The notes under the pieces were generated by a model that had not been told where the DNA came from, searched no databases, and saw only the letters and a list, made by a program, of their open reading frames with translations. Source: Candidatus Fermentibacterota bacterium (GTDB taxonomy: Bacteria; Fermentibacterota; Fermentibacteria; Fermentibacterales; JCC-6). From it: a DNA stretch of 64,000 nucleotides. The stretch covers positions 7,279-71,278 of the forward strand of contig WJMA01000051.1 in assembly GCA_014728175.1 (NCBI GenBank). Direction: 5' to 3'. The translations under genes were made by a program, and so were the position numbers. This document shows, in pieces, positions 1 through 9,533 of this stretch. How positions within the stretch are numbered: the first letter of the stretch is position 1; every line of letters begins with the position of its first letter.

Positions 1-733
1 CCGTTCTCCAACGCTCTGGCCAGTGCCTTCTGGTTCACCAATCCCCCTCGGGCGGTATTTATGAAAACGGCCGACTGCTTCATCTTTCCCAGCTCGGCGT
101 AGTCTATGAAGCCGGCGGTCTCGGCGTTCAGGGGTAGATGAAGGGAGACTATATCGGAGTTCACCAACAAGGTATCGAGATCGACATACCTGCCTCCCAA
201 CGAGGTGAAATCCTCCCTTTCGGTTCGGCTGAATCCCCACAACCTGCAGCCGAAACAGGCGAACAGCCTGGCGGCGGCAATGCCGTTCCTTCCGGTTCCG
301 ATAATGCCCACGGACTTTTCGCCCAGCTCGGTTCCGGGCTGGTACTCCTCCCATCTGACCTCCCGTACCAGGTAGTCGGCGGTCTTCAACCTGCGCAGCA
401 GCGACATGGCCAGAAGAACCGTCAGCTCAGCCACGGAACGGGCCGAATAGCCGGGGGCGTTGGCCACCGCGACCTGGTTTTCCCTCGCGGAGGAAAGGTC
501 GACATTATCGTAATCGCTGTCGGCAATCGATATGAACTTAAGCGAGGATTTCGCTATCACCGGCCCGGGTACCTCAACGGATGCCGTAACCAGGTACTCC
601 AGAGATCCCAGCGTGGGTGGGCACACCTCCTCGTTGTTCCAGATGAGGGTGCAGCTGGGCAGTATCTCCGAGAAGCGTCTCTCCACTAACTCTCTGTCGA
701 TTCCCAAATCCTGCAGGAAAAGGACCTCGTCCA
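1..733 (-). CDS. D-isomer-specific 2-hydroxyacid dehydrogenase, NAD-binding (partial; 5' end in window, 3' end beyond window start)
   Basis: Minus-strand translation from ATG at ~733 reads MDEVLFLQDLG... and contains the Rossmann motif VGIIGTGRNGIAAARLF typical of the D-2-hydroxyacid dehydrogenase family. Absent from the ORF track because it runs off the window. Confidence 0.6.
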
Positions 734-752
734 TAATCGCTTCCCGTCCGCG

Positions 753-2240
753 CTACTTGCTCAACCTCTCGATCAGCTCGCTTAAAAAGTCCCAGAATTG
801 CTGTACCGAGGATATGCTTACCCTCTCTCCGGGCACGTGCACGTCCCGGATGTCGGGCCCCAGCGAGATCATATCCAGATTTTCCAGCTTATCCCCTATC
901 ACTCCGCACTCCAACCCGGCATGGATGGTCTCCACGATCGGTTCCTGGCCCCTGGTTCTTCCGTACAGATCGACGGCCGTCCTCAGAAGGGCCGAGTCGG
1001 ACCGGGGCCTCCACCCCGGATACCGTCCGCTGGTGGTAACCTCTCCGCCGGCCAGATTCCCCAGGGACTCAATGCTCCGCTCCACCTGACTCTTGGCGGA
1101 CTCGATGGAGCTGCGTATCGAGAGGGTGGCGGAGAATGCGCCGTTTCCGGCCTCCGCGGTGGCCAGGTTAACCGAGGTTTCCACCAAGCCCTCCACCACG
1201 CCGCTCATCTTGATCACTCCGTGGGGAAGGATTTGCAGAAGATCGGTCACCTTGCGAGCCGAGGAGTCGGACAGCAGCCTTCCGCTGACGTTCAGGGCGC
1301 CCATGGTTACGGTAAGGTCTTTCTCTATTCCCTCGTACTCGTACTCCAAATCCCGCCTTATTCCGGCCAGCTCTTCCCGGCAACGTTCCTCCGAGCCGTC
1401 GGGAACGTGAACCAAAAGGCGCGCAGACCTGGGTATGGCGTTGCGCTTGCTTCCACCCTTGATGCTGTGCAGACCACATCCCAGATCGCACAACCTGGTC
1501 AGGACCCTTCCCGTCACTCGAAGGGCGTTGGCCCTGTTCTTGTCTATCTCCACCCCCGAATGACCACCTCTGAGGCCGTCTATGGATATCTCCCAGAGCG
1601 CGTCGGCCCGGGCGTCCGAATCCAGGTCCACCGTCAGGCGTACGTCCACCCCCCCGGCGCAACCGATGCAGAACCTTCCCTCGTCCTCCGAATCTAGGTT
1701 TATCAGCCTGCGGGCCGTTATCCAGGAGGTTTCCAGGCTGCGAGCACCCGACAGGCCCCTCTCCTCGTCGACCGTGAACAGGCATTCCAGAGGGGGGTGC
1801 TCCAGAGCTTCGGAGTCCAGCAGCGCCAGCATGCAGGCCACGCCTATGCCGTTGTCGGCTCCCAGGGTGGTATCGACCGACTTTACCCAGTCACCCTCGA
1901 TGACCGGTCTGATTGAATCGCTCATGAAGTCGTGCACTATACCCGACCTCTTCTCGGCGACCATATCCACGTGGCCCTGTAACGCGACCGGATCGGATTC
2001 GGCTCCGGCTCCCAGGCCCGGCTTGCGCACCAGCACGTTCCCCGCCTCGTCCCGGATGCTTTCCAGACCCCTTTCGGATGCAAAACCCTCCAGGAAATCG
2101 GCAACCTGCTCCTCCCGGCCCGACGGTCTGGGGATCCGGCACAGCTCGGCGAACCACCGCCAGACCTCGCGAGGTTCCAACTCGTCCAGTCGTTTCTTCA
2201 AGCTTGGACAACCTCCATTTCCGAGTCGGCGGCAGGCCAT
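753..2240 (-). CDS. pepD: Aminoacyl-histidine dipeptidase (Xaa-His dipeptidase), M20 family
   Basis: The 502-aa ORF matches PepD across its full length (PREVWRWFAELCRIPRPSGREEQ, HVDMV, TTLGADNGIGVA, GGHSG, IHAGLECG). The start is probably the internal Met (MACRR), giving ~495 aa. Confidence 0.8.
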   Translation of the reverse strand: MACRRLGNGGCPSLKKRLDELEPREVWRWFAELCRIPRPSGREEQVADFLEGFASERGLESIRDEAGNVLVRKPGLGAGAESDPVALQGHVDMVAEKRSGIVHDFMSDSIRPVIEGDWVKSVDTTLGADNGIGVACMLALLDSEALEHPPLECLFTVDEERGLSGARSLETSWITARRLINLDSEDEGRFCIGCAGGVDVRLTVDLDSDARADALWEISIDGLRGGHSGVEIDKNRANALRVTGRVLTRLCDLGCGLHSIKGGSKRNAIPRSARLLVHVPDGSEERCREELAGIRRDLEYEYEGIEKDLTVTMGALNVSGRLLSDSSARKVTDLLQILPHGVIKMSGVVEGLVETSVNLATAEAGNGAFSATLSIRSSIESAKSQVERSIESLGNLAGGEVTTSGRYPGWRPRSDSALLRTAVDLYGRTRGQEPIVETIHAGLECGVIGDKLENLDMISLGPDIRDVHVPGERVSISSVQQFWDFLSELIERLSK

Positions 2241-2331
2241 CGGGATTCCGTGGCTTTTCACTTTTGCTTCCGCGTTCGGTTATTATCACCGCCTAAGATA
2301 GGAATTATCTGCGGAAACGGGCAAGAGGATG

Positions 2332-2787
2332 TCATGATTCGTCCTGCTCCTCGTGGTACTCCACGGAGTAGGTCAGGTCGGCGGCTTTGCCCAGCATGTA
2401 GGTGACTCCGCAGTACTTCTCCTGGGACAGCTCCACCGCGTGGTCCACCTTCTTTCTGGGGAGGTCTGTCCCATGGAAGCTAAAGGTCAGATGGATGTCC
2501 ACGAAGTGCACCGGGTGCTCGTCGTTGTATTTCCCGTCCGCGGTTATCTCCAGCTTGTAGTCCCGCACCTTCATCTTCTTCAGTATGGAGGCCACGTCCA
2601 TCCCGGTGCAACCTATCAGGGAGGAAAGCAGCAGGTTCTTGGGCCTGGGCCCCGCATCGACCCCCCCGAACTCCCGTGCGCCGTCCAACATGAACGTATG
2701 CCCGTCCTGCTCCATTCTGAACCTAAGGCCTCCCTCGTGCCTTCCCACAACGCTTACGCTCATTTCCGTACCTCCCGGGCTTGTCAT
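2332..2787 (-). CDS. OsmC/Ohr family peroxiredoxin-like protein
   Basis: The ~145-aa protein has an OsmC-like fold signature (two conserved Cys, LIGCTGMD and KYCGV). The start could be the second Met (MSVSVV, ~2763). Confidence 0.65.
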   Translation of the reverse strand: MTSPGGTEMSVSVVGRHEGGLRFRMEQDGHTFMLDGAREFGGVDAGPRPKNLLLSSLIGCTGMDVASILKKMKVRDYKLEITADGKYNDEHPVHFVDIHLTFSFHGTDLPRKKVDHAVELSQEKYCGVTYMLGKAADLTYSVEYHEEQDES

Positions 2788-2898
2788 CGAAGATTCAGCG
2801 GTTTAGTAAGTACTCGGCAATCCAGGGAGGTAGGTCAACGGTTGATTTTGAGAAGGGCGCTGTCCCGTTTCGTTCGCAGGTCGCACCGGTTCCCCTAC

Positions 2899-3867
2899 AT
2901 GAGGCTCAAATCCTCGAAAAGGTTCCTCACGGTAAGGATGGACGTTACCAACAAGTGCAACCTGCGCTGCAAGATGTGTCCGATGAGGCTCTCCGACCAG
3001 GACCCGGACAGGATATGGCATGACGTGGACCCCGACCTGTTCGAGAAGATACGCAAACAGGTCTTCCCCCGGGCGAAGGTGGTGGGTCTTTCCTGCGGGG
3101 CGGAGCCCTTCTGCTGCGAAGATCTGCCCAGGTATCTGCAACAGCTGTGGCAGGCCGACGTACCGGTCACCGAGTTGGTGACCAACGGAACGCTGATGAC
3201 CGACCGATCGATGCTTCCGCTTCTGGATTACCCTCCGACGTCCATCTTCGTGTCCGTAGACGGCGCCGACCCCCGGACCCACGCCCGGATCCGCGGGGGG
3301 TGTGACCTGGAGCTGCTCCTGTCCAACGTCCGAGGGCTGCAGGAAGCGAAGAGACGGCGGGGGCAGCGCTTTCCGCAGCTTTGCGTAGGGGTCACCCTCC
3401 AAAGATCGAACTACGACCAGCTCCCGGGGATTGTGGAGATCGCCTCCGATCTGGGGGCGGTGTCGGTGGGGGTGGTTCCCCTGGTCCCGTACCAGGGTCT
3501 GGATGTGGAAGACCAGGCGGTCGACATGCAATCGCCGGAGATACGGGGCTCGCTCCGGAACGCTCGAAGAACCGCTGAAGCCCGGGGGATCGACCTGGTC
3601 GTCCCCCCCACCTCCTCCCGCTCGGACACCTGCCCCTTCCTGGACAGCTGGGTTTACATCGACCCGGACGGGAGGGTGGACCCATGTCCCCATTGGAACG
3701 TATCCGAACCCCTGGGAAACCTCACCGACCAGAGCTTCGAGGAGATCTGGAACGGCGAGGCTTACTCCCGGCTCCGCAAAGGCCATCGCCAGGGAGAGCT
3801 CCACGGAAACTGCCTGCTCTGCCCGGTGATGGGCTCGGGGGAGAGAGCGGAGATTCCCAAGGTCTGA
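2899..3867 (+). CDS. Radical SAM protein with C-terminal SPASM/twitch domain (peptide- or cofactor-modifying type)
   Basis: The CNLRCKMC CxxxCxxC motif lies 17 residues after the Met at 2899. A C-terminal Cys-rich region (CPFLDSW, CPHWN, CLLCPV) matches a SPASM domain. The ORF-track frame opens at 2353, but that extension overlaps the opposite-strand OsmC gene, so the real start was taken at MRLKSS (2899). Confidence 0.7.
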   Translation: MRLKSSKRFLTVRMDVTNKCNLRCKMCPMRLSDQDPDRIWHDVDPDLFEKIRKQVFPRAKVVGLSCGAEPFCCEDLPRYLQQLWQADVPVTELVTNGTLMTDRSMLPLLDYPPTSIFVSVDGADPRTHARIRGGCDLELLLSNVRGLQEAKRRRGQRFPQLCVGVTLQRSNYDQLPGIVEIASDLGAVSVGVVPLVPYQGLDVEDQAVDMQSPEIRGSLRNARRTAEARGIDLVVPPTSSRSDTCPFLDSWVYIDPDGRVDPCPHWNVSEPLGNLTDQSFEEIWNGEAYSRLRKGHRQGELHGNCLLCPVMGSGERAEIPKV

Positions 3868-3868
3868 G

Positions 3869-5083
3869 CTAACGCTTCTCGCTCCACGCCCTCAGAGTTT
3901 CCGCTACGGTCAGGTAGGACAGCTCCAGACCACGGTCGGAAATCCATTCGGTGCGGGAATGGAACATCTCCCCTCCCGTGGGGAGGTTGACTGTCGGAAC
4001 GCCCATGCGGGACAGCCGCGAGCCATCGGTTCCTCCCCGTATGGCGCCCTCCACCGGCTCCAGGCCGGCGGCCCTGGTGCCTCTCATGGCGCAATCAACG
4101 ATCCTGGGGTCGTTTCTCACCACCTCGCCGGGATTGAGGTACTGGTTGGTGGTGTCGAGCTCGATACGGGAGCCGGGATAGGCCGCACGCAGAAAGGAGG
4201 CCACTTCCTCCAGCTGTTCCAGCCTTCTCTCGGCGCCCTCCACCGTGAAGTCTCGGATTAGCATCTTCACCCGAACCTCTCTGGTGGCGCCCTCCACCAA
4301 TATCGGGTACACGTATCCCTCCATGCCCGAGGTGCTCTCCGGCATCTCATCCCCCCTGAGCATGGATATCAGGTCTCCGGCTATCCTCACCGCGTTCACC
4401 ATCACCCCTTTGGCCGAGCCGGGGTGCACCTCACGTCCAACTATGGTCCAGAGTGCCTTCCAGGCGTTGAAGGTCTGGGTGTCGACGATTCCCACCGGGC
4501 CTCCGTCCACCGTGTACGCGAAGTCCACCCCGAACCTCTCCACATCGAAGCCGTCCATTCCCCTTCCGATCTCCTCATCGGTGGTGAAGGCCAACCGCAG
4601 GTCCGGCCGAGGGGCATCGGGGCTCTCCAGAAAATGCCTGCATATCTCCATTATCACCGCCACCCCGGCCTTGTCGTCCGCCCCCAGGAGGGTGCTGCCG
4701 TTGCTGGTTACGATGCAGCTTCCCCGGTACCGGTCCATGTCCTTGGTTTGAGTAGGCTCTATCACGTCTCCGGAGGGAAGTTCGATCGGTGAGCCGTTCC
4801 AGCTCCGGTGCAACACCGGTTTCACGCCGGCCCCCGGAGCATCGGGGCTGGTATCCACGTGAGCAAGGAGGCCCACGGTCGGTCCTTCCCGAGGGGGAAG
4901 CGAGGCGTAGAGGGTTCCCTTATCGCACAGGTATGGATCATCCACCCCCATCTCTACGAGCTCCTCCTCCAACAGCTCCAGAAAGCGCATCTGGGTAGCG
5001 GTGGAGGGAAGGGACTCCGAAGACTCGCAAGACGTGGTCTCCTCTTTTGCGTAGCGTAGAAAGCGTTCGATCAATGACTTCAT
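3869..5083 (-). CDS. pepT: Peptidase T (tripeptide aminopeptidase), M20B
   Basis: PepT-like from MKSLIERFLRYAKEETTS onward (HVDTSPD, DDKAGVA, TTDEEIG, GGTDGS). The start was trimmed to the MKSL Met (~5083); the ORF track extends to 5461. Confidence 0.8.
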   Translation of the reverse strand: MKSLIERFLRYAKEETTSCESSESLPSTATQMRFLELLEEELVEMGVDDPYLCDKGTLYASLPPREGPTVGLLAHVDTSPDAPGAGVKPVLHRSWNGSPIELPSGDVIEPTQTKDMDRYRGSCIVTSNGSTLLGADDKAGVAVIMEICRHFLESPDAPRPDLRLAFTTDEEIGRGMDGFDVERFGVDFAYTVDGGPVGIVDTQTFNAWKALWTIVGREVHPGSAKGVMVNAVRIAGDLISMLRGDEMPESTSGMEGYVYPILVEGATREVRVKMLIRDFTVEGAERRLEQLEEVASFLRAAYPGSRIELDTTNQYLNPGEVVRNDPRIVDCAMRGTRAAGLEPVEGAIRGGTDGSRLSRMGVPTVNLPTGGEMFHSRTEWISDRGLELSYLTVAETLRAWSEKR

Positions 5084-5157
5084 CAGCCTGTCCTCCCGTT
5101 CGTTCCTGCTAGTATATTCGCCCCGGGCGACCCATAGAAGCACCTGGCAGAGGTACA

Positions 5158-5871
5158 ATGGATATCTTTTTGCATACAAACGACATAGCGCGTTGCCTGG
5201 GCATGTCCGTTCGGGATACGGAGAAGCTCCTCCGCCGCAGCCCTCTTCAATGTCGGATGGTTGATGGACGAAAGATGTACTTTCGGGACGACCTCCTCCT
5301 CTGGCTACAGAACGAGTTCGACTCCCTGACGGTGGAGAAGCTTCGGGACATGGACCTGGCCGGGGCCAGCACCACGGGCATGAGCCACGACGTCCCGTTC
5401 GTAACCGAGCTGCTGTCTCCGGGTAGGATCCACCTGGACGTATCCGCCAACACGTCCTCATCCATGATAAGGAAGCTGGCCGGGTACGTTTGTCGAACGG
5501 GCCTGCTCTACGATCACGATGAGCTCATCCGGCAGATTTCGGCCAGGGAGGACGTCGGGAGCACCGCCCTGGACAACGGGGTCGCCTTTCCCCATCCCAA
5601 GAGCATCATGAAGGTTTACAGCGAAGGACATTTGCTGTTGCTGGCCCGGGCCGCGCACAGCATACCTTTCGGGGGACCGAAGGGGCGTCTGACATCTCTG
5701 TTCTTCCTGCTCTTCTTTCCCCGACCGGACATGCATCTGCATATTCTGGCCAGGCTGAACAGAATGATCAGAGACCGGGAGTTCCTGAACTCCCTTCTCC
5801 AAACCGGAACCGAGGAAAAGGCCCTCTCCATAATCGAGACCAGGGAGAGGGAGCTTATAGAGCAGCACTGA
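5158..5871 (+). CDS. HTH domain fused to a PTS EIIA(Ntr/Fru)-type regulatory domain protein
   Basis: The N-terminus has an HTH-like segment (NDIARCLGMSVRDTEKLLR). The C-terminus has a PTS_EIIA_2 signature with the phosphorylatable His (GVAFPHPK). It ends 34 nt upstream of pyrB. Confidence 0.5.
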   Translation: MDIFLHTNDIARCLGMSVRDTEKLLRRSPLQCRMVDGRKMYFRDDLLLWLQNEFDSLTVEKLRDMDLAGASTTGMSHDVPFVTELLSPGRIHLDVSANTSSSMIRKLAGYVCRTGLLYDHDELIRQISAREDVGSTALDNGVAFPHPKSIMKVYSEGHLLLLARAAHSIPFGGPKGRLTSLFFLLFFPRPDMHLHILARLNRMIRDREFLNSLLQTGTEEKALSIIETRERELIEQH

Positions 5872-5905
5872 GCGGCAAAGGGCCCGACGGAAAGGAGCGT
5901 GATCA

Positions 5906-6829
5906 ATGGCACCCTTCTTCGGGAGAGACATAATCTCGCTAAGAGACATGACCGTCGATGACCTGTGGAAGATCGTGGAGACCGCAGGCAGAGTGAAGAA
6001 GGGAGACTACGGAAACTTCCTGGAGAGCAAGTCTTTCGCTACGCTGTTCTTCGAGCCTTCCACCAGAACCCGGCTGTCATTCGAGTCCTCGATACTTCAG
6101 AAGGGCGGACGGGTGTTCGGCTTCGCCAACCCCAAAGGTTCCTCCCAGAGCAAGGGTGAGACGTTCGCGGACACCGTTCGGACGGTGGAGGGCTACTGCA
6201 ACGTGCTCATAATAAGGCATCCGGTGGAGGGGGCCGCGAGGCTGGCCTCGAAGGTGGTCTCCATTCCGGTGGTCAACGCCGGCGACGGGGCCAACCAGCA
6301 CCCCACCCAGACCTTCCTGGACCTGTTCACCATGCACGAGCAGATGGAAAGGCTGGAGGGCCTGTCCATAGGCATGATGGGAGACCTCAAGTACGGGAGG
6401 ACGGTCCATTCCCTGGCTCACGCCATGGCAATGTTCCGGGGACGGATGACCTTCATCTCGCCTCCCTCCCTGCAGATGCCCGAGGAGATAAAGAAGGAGC
6501 TGTTGACAGCGGGAATCGAGTTCTCCGAGGTCAGCGAGCCCGAGCAGGCCGCGGGCGACGAGCTCGACGTTCTCTACGTAACCAGGATTCAGAGGGAGAG
6601 GTTCGGCGACCCTCAGGAGTACGAGGTGGTCGCTCACAGCTACAGAGTCATCCCGGAAACGGTGGGGATGCTGGGCGGGCAGGTCAGGATCATGCACCCC
6701 CTTCCCAGGGTGGACGAGATAGACGAGAGAGTGGACGGGATGGAGAACGCCATCTACTTCCAACAGGCACACAACGCGATCCCCACCAGGCAGGCCCTTC
6801 TGGGGCTGGTCACCGGGGCATTGGAATGA
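5906..6829 (+). CDS. pyrB: Aspartate carbamoyltransferase catalytic subunit
   Basis: Carries the STRTR carbamoyl-phosphate-binding motif, HPTQ and HPLP motifs, at the expected 307-aa length. Confidence 0.9.
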   Translation: MAPFFGRDIISLRDMTVDDLWKIVETAGRVKKGDYGNFLESKSFATLFFEPSTRTRLSFESSILQKGGRVFGFANPKGSSQSKGETFADTVRTVEGYCNVLIIRHPVEGAARLASKVVSIPVVNAGDGANQHPTQTFLDLFTMHEQMERLEGLSIGMMGDLKYGRTVHSLAHAMAMFRGRMTFISPPSLQMPEEIKKELLTAGIEFSEVSEPEQAAGDELDVLYVTRIQRERFGDPQEYEVVAHSYRVIPETVGMLGGQVRIMHPLPRVDEIDERVDGMENAIYFQQAHNAIPTRQALLGLVTGALE

Positions 6830-6842
6830 CCGGGGGGAGGAG

Positions 6843-7316
6843 ATGACCAAAAGAGCCTACAAGGTCTACGCGATCGAGCACGGAACGGTCATAGACCATA
6901 TTCCCACGCCCGGGGCGCTACAGGTGGTCAGGATACTGGGCCTGGGCAACGAGGGCATCATGACCATAGGCATAGGCTTTCGCTCCAAGAAGCTGCCCCA
7001 GGGCAAGGACATAGTGAAGATAGAGAACAGGGAGCTTTCCAAGGAGGAAACCGACACCATAGCCCTCATAGCCCCCGAGGCCACCATAAACATAATCAAG
7101 GACGGAGAGGTCTTCGAGAAGCGGCAGATCTCCCTGCCCTCGTCCATATCCGGGGTCTTCCGGTGCCCCAATCCCAACTGCGCCACCAACAAGCTGGGAG
7201 CCGAGACCAGGTTCGAGCTGGAGGACAGCCGGAGCATCAGGTACAGATGCACCTACTGCGAGCGGGTAACGGTGGTGGAGCCCCATCTCCTCGCCGGGCA
7301 GCTGAGCTCCGTCTAG
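6843..7316 (+). CDS. pyrI: Aspartate carbamoyltransferase regulatory subunit
   Basis: A 157-aa protein with a PyrI-like N-terminus (YKVYAIEHGTVIDHIP) and a C-terminal Zn-binding CPNPNC...CxYC. It lies immediately downstream of pyrB. Confidence 0.85.
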   Translation: MTKRAYKVYAIEHGTVIDHIPTPGALQVVRILGLGNEGIMTIGIGFRSKKLPQGKDIVKIENRELSKEETDTIALIAPEATINIIKDGEVFEKRQISLPSSISGVFRCPNPNCATNKLGAETRFELEDSRSIRYRCTYCERVTVVEPHLLAGQLSSV

Positions 7317-7323
7317 GCTCTTA

Positions 7324-8928
7324 ATGCCGCTCTCCCGGAACTCCGAGAGAATCCTCGGCATCACCCTGGACGGGTGGGCCGGTGTCCTCATGCTCGCCCT
7401 GACCGTGACCATATTCCTCATCTTCTCCGACCAGCCCCTCATGGGCGACGCCTCGAACTACTCGTACAGAAGCGCCAGATGGATGGCCGAGCACGGCCTG
7501 AGCTTTATACCCTCCGGCGAGGGAAGGGGAGAGCAGGCCATGGGACATCCCACCCTCTTCTACTGGCTTTGGGCCGTGGCAATGAGATTGCTGGGAGACC
7601 AACTGTGGGTCGCCCACCTGCTTCCCTGCATCGCCACCTTCCTGGCCCTCCTGGGCTGCTACAAGCTGGGCAGCCATCTAGGGGGAGACCGATTGGCCGG
7701 CCTCCTGGCATCCCTGGGCCTGGCGGCCAGCCCCGTATTCCTCATGCAGTCCTTCCGGCCGTTGCCGGACTCCGCCCTGGTGGCCGCAGTAGCTTGGTCG
7801 GTTTACCTTTATGCCGACGGCAGATTCTACGCGGCCCTGCTCGTGGCTGCCGTGGCGGTGTGCATGCGGGAGCAGGGCTTGATGCTGGTCCCCGCCTATC
7901 TGGTGGCGGAGACGGCACACGGCGGCTGGCGCAGGCCGTGCAGATTGCTGGCCGTACTCGCTCCGGCCCTGGTTATCGTTCTCAACGGTCTGGCTTTCCT
8001 GGCGGTCAACGGGTACTTCTTCTTCGGCAGGCACATGGGAGCCCCCTCTTTTCCCGGTCTACACCTGCTGCTGGGAAGGCTGCGGCACTTCGGTGGTTAC
8101 CTTCTGGCCGGAGACTTCAGATGGATCCTGGCTTCCACCTGTCTGGCCCTTCTGCTGGCGGGAAAGGGAAGAAAGCTCTCCCCGCTGTCCCTGCTGATCC
8201 TTCTGGCGCCCGCCCTCCTGCGGCCCCCCCAGAGGCTGGCCTACTTGGCGGTCTGTGGATTGGCCATCGGCTGGATCCTGCTGAGGCGGAAAGCCCTTCC
8301 CTCCAGAGGCTGGCTGGCGTCGATACTGGTTCCGCTGTTCGTACTCACCTTCCTGGTGCTGATAAGCTGTTTCAACGCCGACCCCAGGCAACAGACGCTG
8401 TTCCGCTACTCCATAGCCGCCCTACCCCTGGTGATAACGGGCTTCGTCGCCGCCATAAGAAAGGTCTCGGACCGGTCTGTCCTGGCAGTCTCCGGCCTTC
8501 TGTTCGTACTCGCCACCCTCTACGCCAACGGCATGCCCACCTCCAGGACCCAGGCCTACTCCTCCCTTAACGGAACCCGTCTACCTCTCCTGGTAGAAAG
8601 GGCCGGAAAATGGGCGGCCGAGAGGGGCGACTCGGTTATTTGCGCTCCCTACTGGGTAGGCCATCTGCGCAATCCGGCCCTGGGGTGCGTGCAACGGCCG
8701 CTGCCGACCAGGGGATACAGACCGGGCGGCTCGCCACCCCAACCCGGAGTGAGTTACGCCGCCTTCATAGAGACCAGCCATCCGGTGGAGTCCGGCCTTC
8801 TGGATTCGCTGCTGGCGGTGGTTCCGGAAGGCTCGAAGGCCAGGCTGGACAGTGTTTTCCGCAGCGGCCAGTTCAGGCTGCAGGGAATCCTTATAAGGCC
8901 CGGGGAACCGGAGGGCTACTCGGAGTAA
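7324..8928 (+). CDS. Polytopic membrane glycosyltransferase (ArnT/PMT-like, GT39/GT83-type)
   Basis: The 534-aa protein has about 11 predicted hydrophobic helices followed by a soluble C-terminal domain, an architecture typical of undecaprenyl/dolichyl-phosphate sugar transferases. The assignment rests on architecture only. Confidence 0.45.
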   Translation: MPLSRNSERILGITLDGWAGVLMLALTVTIFLIFSDQPLMGDASNYSYRSARWMAEHGLSFIPSGEGRGEQAMGHPTLFYWLWAVAMRLLGDQLWVAHLLPCIATFLALLGCYKLGSHLGGDRLAGLLASLGLAASPVFLMQSFRPLPDSALVAAVAWSVYLYADGRFYAALLVAAVAVCMREQGLMLVPAYLVAETAHGGWRRPCRLLAVLAPALVIVLNGLAFLAVNGYFFFGRHMGAPSFPGLHLLLGRLRHFGGYLLAGDFRWILASTCLALLLAGKGRKLSPLSLLILLAPALLRPPQRLAYLAVCGLAIGWILLRRKALPSRGWLASILVPLFVLTFLVLISCFNADPRQQTLFRYSIAALPLVITGFVAAIRKVSDRSVLAVSGLLFVLATLYANGMPTSRTQAYSSLNGTRLPLLVERAGKWAAERGDSVICAPYWVGHLRNPALGCVQRPLPTRGYRPGGSPPQPGVSYAAFIETSHPVESGLLDSLLAVVPEGSKARLDSVFRSGQFRLQGILIRPGEPEGYSE

Positions 8929-9527
8929 AGAACCTCCGGGCCGGCCCCGCCCTCCTCGGGAGGCGGCTGCCCGCTTCGGCCGGGGGAGCCCAGCTTCAGG
9001 TACCTGTCCCTCTCGCTCAGAACGCAGCCGCAGTAGGGCTGGCGGTACAGCTCATTCTCCCTGGAGGTCCTAGCCGAGCGGGCGTAGAGCGGCCGGTAGT
9101 CCCTGTAGACGAAGCTGACCCCATGATCACGGGCGGCTTCCCGGCCGGCCCTGATCAACAGCTCCGGGCTCTGGTACGGGCTTACCGAAAGGGTAGTCGA
9201 GAAGAGGTCAATACCTTTCTCCGAGGCCAAGGCGGCGGTCCTTCCCAGCCTGTCCCGGAAACAGGCCAGGCAACGGTTGTCGGCTTCGAGGAGCATACGC
9301 AGGTTCTCCTCCAGGGGATAATCGTCGTCGACCGAGAGAGGCATATCCATTCTGGCCGAGTACCCTTCCAGGGACTCCAGCCTCCTCTCCCGCTCCCTCC
9401 AGGGATGGATGTTGGGGTTGTAAAAGAGCCCCTCCACCTCGTAACCCAGATCGCGGTAGCCTTCCAGCACCACGGTCAGGCAGGGAGCACAGCAAACGTG
9501 CAGCAGAAGGCGTCGTTTGGAGCTCAT
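8916..9527 (-). CDS. queH: Epoxyqueuosine reductase QueH (DUF208)
   Basis: LLHVCCAPC Cys cluster near the N-terminus and ~200-aa length, at the 3' end of the ruv operon. Confidence 0.75.
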   Translation of the reverse strand: MSSKRRLLLHVCCAPCLTVVLEGYRDLGYEVEGLFYNPNIHPWRERERRLESLEGYSARMDMPLSVDDDYPLEENLRMLLEADNRCLACFRDRLGRTAALASEKGIDLFSTTLSVSPYQSPELLIRAGREAARDHGVSFVYRDYRPLYARSARTSRENELYRQPYCGCVLSERDRYLKLGSPGRSGQPPPEEGGAGPEVLYSE

Positions 9528-9533
9528 CGGGAA

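Noticed and set aside
2353-2898. 5' extension of the radical SAM ORF back to 2353, and the overlapping 333-aa minus ORF 2803-3804
   Set aside because: The extension overlaps the opposite-strand OsmC gene. The CxxxCxxC motif sits a canonical ~17 residues after the Met at 2899. The minus-strand ORF is an antisense shadow.
5084-5157. Sigma-54 (-24 GG / -12 GC) promoter upstream of the HTH-EIIA gene (TGGCAGAGGTACAAT)
   Set aside because: The GG-to-GC spacing does not match the -24/-12 consensus.
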